Source: Dimorphilus gyrociliatus (Eukaryota; Animalia; Annelida). From it: 64,000 nt of DNA. Shown here one piece after another: positions 11,353 to 23,114 of this stretch (position 1 is the stretch's first letter; every line of letters begins with the position of its first letter). A model generated the notes under the pieces. That model ran no database searches, was not told where the DNA came from, and worked only from the letters and a program-made list of their open reading frames with translations. The stretch spans positions 550,916 to 614,915 of the forward strand of contig CAJFCJ010000020.1 in the NCBI GenBank assembly GCA_904063045.1. Direction: 5' to 3'. A program made the translations under genes and the position numbers.

Positions 11353-14300
11353 ATGGCTGGTATCGTCGCCTCCACACTTCGGAGGCGGACGTTACGACAT
11401 CATAAAATAGTGTTAAATGACACAAGATATCAAGCTATTGATCCAGGTATTTCTAGTGTATCCAATGTATGTATAAAGTTGTCGAATTTCTTATAGTATA
11501 GACATTTCGTCCATACTGTAACGAAAAAAAAAGACCACATGTTTAGTGTTATGAATGGTGGTGTGTAGTTAATCACCGATTCGGAACATTTCATCAGTAT
11601 CACGTGACCGTCCCCATAGTCTTAGAACCATTAGTCTTATATTAGAAGATTAAGGATGAGAGACTGGGGAGATATCGAAACAATGGAATTCTTCGCATGT
11701 ATACAAAAAATAATCGGTTACGTGATGCTGAAGAATAGCTCAATCCAAATACTTGTTATTCAATACCCTTCTAATTGGAAAATGTGTTTAGGCCACATAT
11801 CCTTTTCCCCTACCGCATCACACCCACCTTCTAGATCTCCTTCTTTTGGCAAAGGTCTTTCAAGGACTCCATCGGGTTCGGGATACAGGAGTCCGCATAG
11901 AACGCGGCTCCAGTTCCATACATTTTGGCCGACGTGCATTAATCCGTTGGAGCAGAACATCCGAAACGTGCAATTCGAAACCTTTGAGTGAGTATTAAAA
12001 AGAAAAAGTAAAAACAAGACTAAAACAATTCAACTAACGAAAAGAAACTTGTAATATCAGCGGTACATTAGTTTTATACAGTATTTATATTTGCAGTAGG
12101 TACTGCATGCATATAAATAGACAAAAAAAAGAGAGAAAAGAACAGCAGGAATATTCACCTTTCGGCAATGCACGCCTATGGAATTGGTAAGAGAAGGAAA
12201 TTGTGTGTTGCCGAAATAGAATATCCGCTAAAAAAAATACTGTATAACCGCTTGTATCGAATAGCACTTTCCCAGCATGTCGCATTGCAGTGTTAAAAAT
12301 AGAAACATATGTTAGTTAATTGCGTAGCATCTTTTCATAAAAAAATATGTTGTATAAGATCCGAAGAAACATATTTACCTGCTTGCGTACGTCTTCCGTT
12401 AACCGGTAATTGCCGTGCTGTTTAGTTAAAACTGCCAGTACGATCCCTCTATAATGGCCCCGTTCTAGGCTATTCCCTAATCCAGATTAGAACTTGGTCA
12501 CGTAAAGAGATGTAAGTCCTAAGTGGTTCCTTATGAAAAACACTAGAAGGAAAAAGCGGATTTCGCCCACTCCTCTTCCCTATTTCTCTATTAGAATAGT
12601 TCGCCTTATCGTTTCTATCTCTCCCAAGAAACCCTATATACAGGAGTCATCAATCGTATAAATTTTTTATCTGCTATCGTTTCAAAACGTATTATTAAGA
12701 TCTATTTTTGAGCTTTTTTAAATGGTTCTCTCTAGGTTTAATTATAAAAAAAAACGCAAAAAAAGCAAAACGTTTAAGGAAAATCATCCTGGGAGTTTTT
12801 CCCTTTAAGCTGATATGAATCTGAACAATTTCTGACAAACGTTTCTTTTTTTCTTTTTTTTTGCTTACTCTTTCGCTTTTTCGTCCTTTGTCTCATTCGT
12901 TTGTCCGCCCTCTGTCTCTCTCTCTCGCAAGGTCAGATTTATTTGTAGATAGAGATGACGTTTAAAAATAAATCGTTGACGTAAAGTATTAAAAATTAAA
13001 AGACAAACATGAAAGAACAAAAAAAAAATTAATGGTTCCGCCGAGGATCGAACTCGGGACCTCTCGCGTGTTAGGCGAGCGTGATAACCGCTACACTACG
13101 GAACCACACGATAAACGCCCAGAAAATTATGTTATATATTATTTGATTTCTATAAATGTGTGACAAAGTCCTATAATCATAGATTAAAGCCATTCCATCC
13201 GACCTTGAAGCATCACGAATTGAGCATAATCATTTCATTTAAAATTATATACAAAATAAACCAAGTGGATAATACTAAAATACCCCGATTTTCTTGCCTA
13301 ATCGATTTTTTTTCCACTGGTTGCCATTACTAGGTGATCAAGGGATATCTAGCTGTGAGTCCATCAATAGATCAAGTTGATCATGCGTTCTTTGATTGGC
13401 TCTCTTCAGAGCGTCTAGCCAGACGAATTGGATTTTTTTTCGTGACCCTGTTAAAGCCTATATATTGATAAGAACAAATCCCCTCTTAAAAGTACAGACG
13501 CCATCTGGTGTTCGATCGTAATAATCTCAAAGAAACAAAATCCCCCTTGATATTACTTAAATGGCGTCTAATCACGCACGTTGTCGCATTTCACCGAACT
13601 TGTTTTCTTTCGTAATGTTATTGGATCTCGTATCGGATAAAGTAAATTTATACAAGAGCACGTTATACTCATCGGTTTATTTACCGATAATTTTTCATTC
13701 CGAGCGCGCTCTCACCCTTATACGCCTTTCATCTCCATCCTGACAAAAAAGAGGCGTAGAGAAAAAAAGGCGTCTCTGCCTACAATTTTATAAGCGGACG
13801 CCTTTGACCGTTTCCATACGCGACGAAACTGCAATGCGAATATGAATGGGAAGCTTGATGAATTATTTACCAGTTTTTTCTTTAACCATTCCTTTTTTCT
13901 TCTTTACTTCCATTTCATAGTACTCTGGTGCCGAAAGCAAATTCTTGGCTTCAAGAAAATAGTGACATTCATTTAATTAAATGTGAAACAATTGAAAAGA
14001 AAGTATGCACTGTTCACGACCTAACTCAGGATTCTTCAATGTTTACTGCCAAGGGTGCCAATGCCATTTATGTTAAAGGATTACGGTACATATAACATTA
14101 CTTCTCTTTCTATATTACTATATAGTATTAAGGATAGTAATAATTATTATTATGGCTATTCTATAAATACTACATATACACAGGATATATGTATAAATAT
14201 GACTATCTATATCATTTCATATTCATTCCTATCAGATGCTATTGAGGCACTTTTTTCTCAGAAAATCACGTGACTAACGAAGGTTATTGAAAGTAGAAAA

Positions 14301-17300
14301 GAGTCACGTGATGGGGCCATAAACTGCTTCAATAGTGTGTAAATTAACCTGATAAAACTTATATTAAAAGAGTTTGTGGGATGTATTTCTAACAGACTTT
14401 GGTACTTTCGAGAAAGGGAAGGCAGTAGTTCAAGCGAAGAAGATAAGAAAGCAGAGAATGAACAAACTCCAATTGAAATCGGTTATATGAATGTAATTCC
14501 AAAATGCATTGACTCTAATAGGAAATATCCTTTATATGAGAACTTGCCGGAAACATATGCAGCTGTTAATCAATTCCTGAAGGAAAACCCGTTAGACGGT
14601 TAATTAGAGACTGTTTGATGAAAAAGAAACGCTCGTTTGCTTACGATATCTATTTTTTTTGTTCAAACAGGTAAAATATTAGCCATAGAGACGGTGCCTT
14701 TAAAATTGCCGCACCGAAAGTGGCAAGGACCCGAAGTAGATCCAGATCAAACCTATTGGCCGGACACTTATTTAAGGCATTTATTATACATCACAAGAAT
14801 CTATTTCGTCTATGGTCCACCGGATGAAGAAACGATTGGTGCTGAAGATTTCTTACCCGATTTTCTTTCTGCCCCGAAATGGTATCGAATGTATGGAATC
14901 TATCCTAAATATGCGAAACTGATTAGCGCTATGCAGAAAGCGAAAAATTGGATTCAGACAGTAGAAGTAAGTCGTTATTATTTCTCAACTTAATTGCATC
15001 TAGTCAAATTTTTTCAATTTTCCTCCAACCAAATTATTTAAGTATAGTAAAATTGCGAAAGGCCGCCTTAGAGATCAATCGATATTCCCTGCTTCGGGCT
15101 CTCAAAGTGATTCGAAATTAGGTCAATACTCTACGATATATATATAATTTTTTTTCAATGTATCCGTTTAGAGATGTATATAAATATGAATATAAATATA
15201 TTCTATATATATGCCTACATTCAGATATATAATCAGACTTAGAAAGATACGGCTAAATAGATAAATATTTTAAGAAATAAGAAAAGAAATCTTTTTTTTT
15301 CATAAGAAAGTATATGAATATTGCTGGTTCTCCTCTAGATATTTCCCTTTTCTCTTATACAATAGGGGAAAAAATCATTCAGGGGAATTAAAGTCAATAC
15401 ATAAATATATGGAATCTAGTCGTGTTGATAGCCTGTAAAATATTTATAGCCGTTTATTCAATCTTTATTTTATATATAATCCTCTAATTGGGGAATTGTT
15501 CGGAGAGCCTCATCTTCCCCATCCCTTTTTCATTTTCTTTCTCTCTTTCTCTTTCTGCTCCGATCTATTTGATGTAAGAGACTGTAAATTTTTTAAAAGC
15601 ACTATAGTAAAATCTCTAATGGTAAGGGAATCGGTCCAAAAAAGAAAACGGAAGAAAAAATTTCCTTGATTAGTTGAAGTAAGGAAGAGAGGGGGGAAAG
15701 GGGGTGGGGTTGACGGATGGAAAATATAGGTTTTAGTATAGGACTATAGATGACGCCACCAACCGTTTCTTTAATTTTTTCACTTAAATTTTATCCATGT
15801 TTGCTATAATTCTCTCTCATTTTTCACAATAATTTCCTAAATTTCCTCTACTTATTCACACCTTCTGTCCACTTGCTTCACCTATTAGAACGTCAGAATC
15901 GCCAATATCCAAACCCTGGAGACGTTGTTTCGTGGTAACGCAGGTAATATTTACATTTCTCCGTATTTCCTCAGTGCCTAATTCTTTTTCTTTGTACTTC
16001 CTTTTTTGTTTTCCCCTAATTGACCAAATGAATTGATTGATATATAATCCGGCTCAAAAATTACTGGTATACTGTTTTAATAAGTAACATTATCTCGTAT
16101 ATATCGAATAATTCTTGAGATTAACTTTTAATCACTCATCAAATGTGTAACTTTACTTTTTCTCTTTTCTTGAAAACGTAAGAGAAAAAAATGAAAGCCT
16201 TTATCAATAATTTAAAATCATATACAAAAATGTAAAATAAGTAATATGCTTATTATGATAAATATCTATACAATTTCTTTTCTCTTAAGTATTCCAAATG
16301 ATTTATTCATTCAAGAAGTAACAAGGAAATCCTCTATTAAATATTAGAGTAAGAGTAATCTTTTTATACGTTACCATTGAAATTGGGTCTCATAGTAATG
16401 TTACTTAACTTTTTGAAGCTCTATTATATTAAGTACTGTGTAAAATGTATAAAAAGGTTACTAACTGAAGAATTTGAGCTCTAAAAATAGCTAAATTGAT
16501 TGTTAGATCAAGTCAAATTAATCCTAAATGGACTTCAGTTGAAACTCTTTATGTCTAAAAGTTTTACAAGAATTTGTATCTGTCTACCGTTAAAAGGCTT
16601 TTAATAAATAAGAAATGAGGAAAAAAAATTTTTTTGCCCTCAATAGTTGTAAAAGTAGCTAAGAAGGGGGATTTGAAGGAAAAAACGATGAGAGAGTAGC
16701 ATTTTCATTGGAATACCAATTGTAGAGAATTGAGAATTGAAATAGAATCAACTTTAGAGATGACTAAAACATTGTGTTGCATTTGAAAAGAGGTTTGGAA
16801 GAAAATCTCCCAATGGATAAAGATCCTGTCATTGACAAACTGAACAAAAGGAAAACATGTTGGAATCAGTACTGAAGGAATTATTTTACATAGAATATTC
16901 TTAATAGCTGATAGTATAACAAAAAAAAATAGTTACAAAAGACAGAACAAACATGATAAAGAGTTGTCGATTGTATTAAGGGTATTAAGAAAGATCAAGT
17001 AGTTTATATACGTTTATTCATGAGGTAGTTGAATGTATAATATATACATATATTTTATGTGTATATATATTCCACTAACTCTATATACTGTATATAAATT
17101 TATATACACAATATAAATATTCCCTCTCTGCTTATGGAAGAAATAAAAATGAAACTGTCAACTCTAACTCATCAACAAAATTATATAATTAATTTAATAT
17201 TGATCCTAATTATATTTACCATACTGTGTATATAAATATTAGGGAAGAGAATTATGAATTATTATTCATATCTTATTATTATTTCAATAACGATTTATGA

Positions 17301-18595
17301 CTAAGTTAATTACTTTTTTAAAATAATTAGGAGATTGGATAAGAATATAAAAATTACGTTGAAAGCAACGATTTATAATCTGAAAATGAAGAAAAAGCTA
17401 TTTCTATGCATAATATATAAAATATATGAAGTGTTTAGTTTATTCAGTTTGTCAAAGTGGGATTTTAATTCATCTCTGCGGAAAATATTTCTTTGTATCC
17501 TGCAGACAATTAAATCATTGGCTATTTGATATAATAAGCCTCATTAGTCATATAGGTCAACAGCTATCAAGAGTTTTCTTATAATTAAATATGCCTCTCC
17601 TTCTTATGGAGGGAAAAATAGATAGTAAGACTGTTCTCTTCATTTATTTAAGGGCAATCGTAATTTTTGAGCCAATCGATTGTTTCTAAAATGAAAAAGG
17701 ATAATTAGAAATTGTAGAATGTATTTTGTATTATTAGCGAACTAATTATTAATCAACTAATCATTTATGTTAATTTGAAACTATAATAAGGATACCCTTA
17801 CAGATTTTGTGCAGACTGGATTGAATTTTGTAGATAAAATTGAATCATGTACACTTGTTCGATTTGTAAGAGTAACTTACGTAAAGAATTCAAGCCAATC
17901 CAACGAAACTTCCTCCTCCACTTACTACAGACCTCCAACAGGATTTGCCTACAAAACTTTTATACCGTCACCTATAAAAGTTGGAATGTGTTCTGGTACA
18001 CCGGAATATGAACCATTTTCTCTTACTTGGCAGAGGGCAAAAGCCTGGATGAGAATTGTAGATCGAAAAATAATAGGAGCAGAAACATTTTATCATCCTC
18101 TATCCTATATATGGCATAAGCAGGATGGTACAGAAACAAGTGTTATGGACGGAGAATGGAATGATAATAATCGAGGAGATAGACGTCAAAGGTCACGAAA
18201 GCAGTTGGTTCAAGTAATTAGGTGAGTGAATAGATAAAGGGAAGCATGAAATCTTTATACTTTTATATTACTATTATTATTATTACATTTTTAATACCTT
18301 TCTACTATTTATCTATCTTGATGACTTAAATTTTCATATAGCAAAGTTTTTTACTTTCGTTTAGACTAGTCTGTTAAAGATTTCATTATTTTTTTCATTA
18401 TTCTTAATGTTATCTTTTCATAAAGTTTAAAAAAAAAAAAAACAAATAAAAAACAAAAATTTCGGAAAGATAAAGAGGAAGTTTTGCAGAATTTACTTGG
18501 ACAAAGATACTCCGATTCAGGAACCTCCTATGCACATGTTACCTCCTGCACCTTGGGTATCCGAAGTGAATGACTGCGCATGCGTGATCATGTAA
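11353..18595 (+). CDS. Uncharacterised four-repeat protein, isoform 1 (510 aa), C-terminal CaaX CACVIM
   Basis: ATG in strong context (GCGAAGATGG). Exons 11353-11446, 11792-11987, 13921-14085, 14396-14598, 14671-14966, 15889-15943, 17804-18221 and 18490-18595 join without stops (1533 nt, all GT-AG). Four internal repeats share (I/L/F)xxxxFxP...FE/YE...KAxxW(L/M/I)...ET/QT...(L/V/I)R(L/I/V)xY, and these motifs run across splice junctions, which supports the model. Confidence 0.85.
13033..13105 (-). tRNA. tRNA-Val(AAC)
   Basis: Reverse complement GGTTCCGTAGTGTAGCGGTTATCACGCTCGCCTAACACGCGAGAGGTCCCGAGTTCGATCCTCGGCGGAACCA, 73 nt. It has a 7-bp acceptor stem, anticodon arm CTCGC-CT-AAC-AC-GCGAG, T-loop GTTCGAT, and a downstream oligo-T terminator. 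Confidence 0.96.
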
Positions 18596-19060
18596 CAAAA
18601 TTTTCAGGAAAATTAAAACGTGCAGGTTTTTCAAATATATTCCGTTGTAATGCATGCGCACTGCAATATACTCTCAAAAAAAGATTGATGCATGGCAAAA
18701 TAATCATTTTCCATTAAATAATTTAGATATTTTGTTTACTATTTTTTCCACAAAATGTTTTTAAATTTAAACCAAACTTTTGATGAAAAACAAAATTAAT
18801 ACAGTTTGTTTTTTTAACTGCAGTAGTAACTGATTTATACAAACTGTATTATTTATTACAATATATACTGTATAGTAAGCAAACAGTAATTATTATATAT
18901 TTAAACACCTATTAATAAGGTGATTCTTAAAAAGATACTTACAGTATATTTAAATATTTCTATATTTCTCAACATTCTCATTTCCACATGCTTTAAGTAT
19001 AAAAGGCTTTATTTATTTTCTATTTATAATTAAAGAATATTTTTTTTCTTCAATTAATAG

Positions 19061-19160
19061 AATATACACTGCAAGCGATTACTCGGAACCTCCTGCAGAA
19101 AAACTACCGCCATTGCCTGGTGTAGAAGAATACAACGATTGTGCATGTGTAGTTATGTGA
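19061..19160 (+). CDS. Alternative terminal exon of the four-repeat gene (isoform 2, 508 aa), CaaX CACVVM
   Basis: Pyrimidine tract plus TAG acceptor at 19060, in the same phase-2 entry as exon 18490. It encodes (R)IYTASDYSEPPAEKLPPLPGVEEYNDCACVVM*, paralogous to (R)IYLDKDTPIQEPPMHMLPPAPWVSEVNDCACVIM*. Confidence 0.8.
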
Positions 19161-19326
19161 CGGATTATTATGACCAATCACAAGTTGCCAAGTTGAATTT
19201 TTATCATTCAAAAATTATGCAAAGATAAAAAAATGAAAAAATCAAGCAGAAAATATTGCCTTTCATCTTTAGGAATTAAGAAACTTTTTCCTCTATTAGC
19301 ACAAAATAAATAAAAAACAAAGCAAA

Positions 19327-19357
<31 letters not shown>

Positions 19358-20275
19358 AAAAGAAAATAAAAAAAAGGAAAAAAAAGAAAAAAAAAGGAAA
19401 TTTTTAACAATCAACCAATTACGGTACTTTGCAAATCTCTTGTAGAAAAGAATATCAATTCTGTATTCTAATTAAGGAAAAAAACAAAAAAAACACCAAA
19501 AATGCTAAAAAATTATCTTGATATACAGTATTCTCGTTTTTATTTACACATTTCTGCTTTTACAATATGCATGCTTTGTGGCTTTAAAAATTTATTTATA
19601 ATTATTAATAATAATAACAATACTAAGTTACAAAAATATCTTTTAAAAGAAATAAAGAAGAAGAAGAAGAGGAAAAGTCTGCAATTCAAAAGATAACATA
19701 AGTTTGTCTTTTATTTTATTTTTGTTGCCAAAAAAATATTGTTTCGGTGCCTCTCTTAATCTATTAAGCTTTCTACTTTGTCATAAATAAAAGTATTAGT
19801 AAACTTTTTTGCCACATATATATATACTGTATTATTTTTTTAATCATTAAATAGCTTGATTGTATAAAATATATACATATACTTTTATAATTACTGTATT
19901 ACTGTATAAAGTTTTTTGGTTTTATTCCAATTCGTTATCTGTATAAAGAAAAAAAAAGCGTCCAAATAAACAATCTTTAAGAGCAGAGGGAGCGAACACA
20001 GGAAAATCAATCAGTAATGTCCGAAATGAAATTGTAGGAAAATCAATCGAACAGAATTTACAGATAGACCTCGTCACGAGAATTAAGCAAAATAAATTAC
20101 TAGAAATTTCGTTTGTCATGTTTTTTCCTTATAAATTTTTATAGCCTTTTTTTTAGAAAGTGATAGATTTGGCAAAAAGAAACAAAACAAAATAGTCGTT
20201 ATATTGATTTTTTTTAACAGGAGATACTATCTATCTATCTTTCTCTCTCTTTCTCTTTGTCTTCTTTCGTTCCTA

Positions 20276-22449
20276 TTAAAATTTCCAACCATAATTTGAT
20301 CCTTGTTGTTGTTGCTGTTGTTGTTGGTGGTGTTGTTGCTGTTGTTGCTGCTGATGATTATCTGGATATTGAGTTGGATACGATGGCTGAAAAGGCGTCT
20401 GATAGGGTTGTTGATAAGGTTGTTGCTGGTACGGTTGTTGATAAGGTTGTTGCTGGTACGGTGGTTGATAAGGTTGCGGATATGTTTGTTGATAAGGCTG
20501 TTGGTAGTACGGCTCAGGAGGAGGACAAGATGGTGGCGGTTGAAGAGGCGGTTGGCTGGAAGGTGCTGTTGCTTTTTTAGGAATTGTTATTTATATATTA
20601 CTAAATTTATTAATATATCGTGGGATTTAAGAAATAGACATTATTTGATTACCTGCAGGAAAGCCTCGAAACCAATTATTTTGAGGCGTATGTATTTCCT
20701 CATTCTCGTCTTTTAAACCGGCTCCTTTACCGCTGTGAGTTGGTAAATTAGCAACAAAATTCTGTATTCTATTAAATAAACGAAAAAAAACTCACTAGTA
20801 ATCATCCCCTTCTGATTCTGCAAACATCCTTAAAAGAAATTTTCCTTCTTTAAAAGGATCAAAGGTTGATGGGATGACAACGTAAGTTCCAGGTGTGTCA
20901 ATTTGCACCCTAAGGCTAACTTCTCTTGAGTTAATAAACGTTGGAGAATCGCAGAAGCGTTTAAGAAAACCGTGATCGTATTTGTTATCAGGCCCAATTT
21001 GATCTTCGTAACCAGCACGCACTTTATGAACAAAAAAAGAGACAGAATTTTCTATGTGAAAGTCATCAATTTTTTGCATTAGAGAAACAATCATTGAACA
21101 ACCATGAGATTGACTTATTCTCACTGGATATTGAGGATTCATTTCAAATAATTCCCTATACGGGCTATTACCGCAACCTCCGGCCGATTTTCCTTTCACC
21201 CATTCTCCGTTATACGTCAACGTTCGCCAATTTTTCTTTGTTGAATTTGATAGCATATTCTCTGAAAAAGCATCCGGCTCTAAATGAACAATTTCTAATC
21301 TTTCGAAATTTTTAATCCAATCTTCGTAGGCCATCCAAAATTCTCCATCTTCTGAATTACGTACTTCTAAACGTCTTCTTTCCTCCGCCGGAACTTCATT
21401 CCAAAGAGGCGAGCCGTCAGACCAAGAACCTTTCCATTCAGCTTTGCCCCAAGGATTCATTACTCTTATCATCTTCAAACGGCCATAGTTGTAAGTATTT
21501 ATCAATTCGATGGCAGTGACGCTATAAGCATGCCCCTTATATAAGCCATTGTTAATAAGTTCCTCCCTCTCGTAATTCCCATCAATCGAACAGCCCATAA
21601 AGCTGTTCATTTGGTGACATTTGTACAAAATATCGAATAAGTCTCCAGGCAATTTATTCTTATCACCTATATACATACTTTCGGAAATTCCACCGGTAAA
21701 ATCTACAAGAGCATTACAAAATCTTCCTCCATCCAAACGACCGTAACCCCCATAGAGCTTAGCGTAGGCTTTTTCAAATAAAGCCGACCATAATTCATTA
21801 GGCTCGTCCCTATTTCTGCAAAAAATAAGCCTACCGCCAGAAGTCGGAAGACGATCGTCTATAACAATCTCAACCCAATTGCCATACTGCCAAAATTTAA
21901 AACGAAATATGCCCCAATAGTCATTATGAAAGTTTTGATCCTCAGGGACGCATCTTGTAAAAAGGGATCTTTTACAAGCTAATGTTGCGGCAGCAGCTAT
22001 AAACCAACAATTACCTAGACGGCCCTGATCCAGGTCGAATCTTGATAAACCATCTTTAATGAAAAGTGGCCTATCGCAGAGTTCCTGTAAATTCATCAAT
22101 AGCAAACTTAAGAGAATTCGTTTACATATTAAGTAAAAAAACTGGTATATATCGATATTTTTATTTTTTTCCCATGTTGACTACGTAAGGGAAAATATTT
22201 AATATGGTGGTTTAGATAAATATATTATGAGAACCGTATGACATTAATAAATATACCATTTTTATACAGTATTTACTATACGTTATTAAATAGATATTAT
22301 CATACGTGGGGACGTAGCCATTGAATATTCTGACCAGAAACGTTCTTGGACAATATTTCATCATATATAGAAAAAGCTGGATCTTCAAATAGTTCGTTAT
22401 CCCTGCGTAATTCTTCCTTTATTTTCAGATAATCTTGGTTATATTTCAT
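20276..22449 (-). CDS. Atypical calpain (CysPc + C2-like domain III, no penta-EF-hand) with P/Y/Q-rich C-terminal tail
   Basis: Exon 1 (MKYNQDY...FEDPAF...IQWLRPH) splices to the large exon from 22084. The catalytic triad is in QGRLGNCWF, GHAYS and NPWG. Domain III shows W...GKSAGGC...F.MNPQY and YVVIPSTFDP..EGKFLLRMF. A donor (TA|gtgagt) near 20797 leads through a small exon (YGKGAGLKD...FPA) to a last exon of PYQQ repeats and polyQ ending GSNYGWKF* at 20276. Confidence 0.88.
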
Positions 22450-23073
22450 GTTTATGATTAAGGTCCGGCTTTCACCTAGAGATTAATTATAAATAAAATA
22501 AATATCCCCTCACACAGTTTAAGACTTTAACATATTGTTAATTATTGTCCATTATTTACTATTTTACCTTTTACTCATGTAATATTAAATATGGATTCTT
22601 TGAAATTCAACTATAATGTTGTGCTTAGTAAGATTTTTCATTCAATAACCTTCACCTTGATTTCATTGAGTTGCTTTTCGTAACTCTAGATGGCGTAACC
22701 AGATGATATGTGTTTGCAGCAGAGAAGTACTAGTACTATGTATGTATAATATGTATATATAATATGGAGTTAATATAGGAAATTCGTTTATTGAAAAGAG
22801 AAAGAAACCGAAGGTTGTTAACTAGTTTAAAGAAAAATACTTAATTTTAGTGAAAGTTTTTAACCTGCATTGACATTTAATCGATTGATTTAAGAAATTA
22901 ATTGAATAAGAAAGATCACAGTTTCTAGCACTGTATGAAAGACTCTTAAGGAAAGAGATCAATAGCTGGAATAATTTAACGAGTTTACAATTTTCGTGTA
23001 TTTTTATTTCAAGTCATGAAAGTATTTCTTAAAGTAGGTGCACACAACTGCAGAAACCCAAAAGCCCCTAAAT

Positions 23074-23114
<41 letters not shown>

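Noticed and set aside
11760-12017. Protein-like minus-strand ORF (…GLLYPEPDGVLERP…)
   Set aside because: It is antisense to exon 11792-11987, whose + frame supplies the first repeat motif and splices in phase on both sides.
5000-13000. Conserved bilaterian microRNAs or spliceosomal snRNAs in the long non-coding region
   Set aside because: By eye I found no match to the mature miRNA or snRNA signatures I know. An Rfam/miRBase scan would be needed to exclude them fully.
14376-14395. Apparent N-terminal MGC (myristoylation + palmitoylation) in the ORF track
   Set aside because: The 'Met' is a GTG inside an intron. The exon begins at 14396 after ctaacag and continues an upstream reading frame.
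16640-16920. Purine-rich, coding-like intronic stretch with several stops (possible decayed retroelement)
   Set aside because: No recognisable domain, terminal repeat or target-site duplication. The same applies to a similar stretch near 39100-39300.
20257-20716. Val-rich and Leu-rich + strand ORFs
   Set aside because: They are antisense shadows of the calpain PYQQ/polyQ exon (CAA/CAG repeats).
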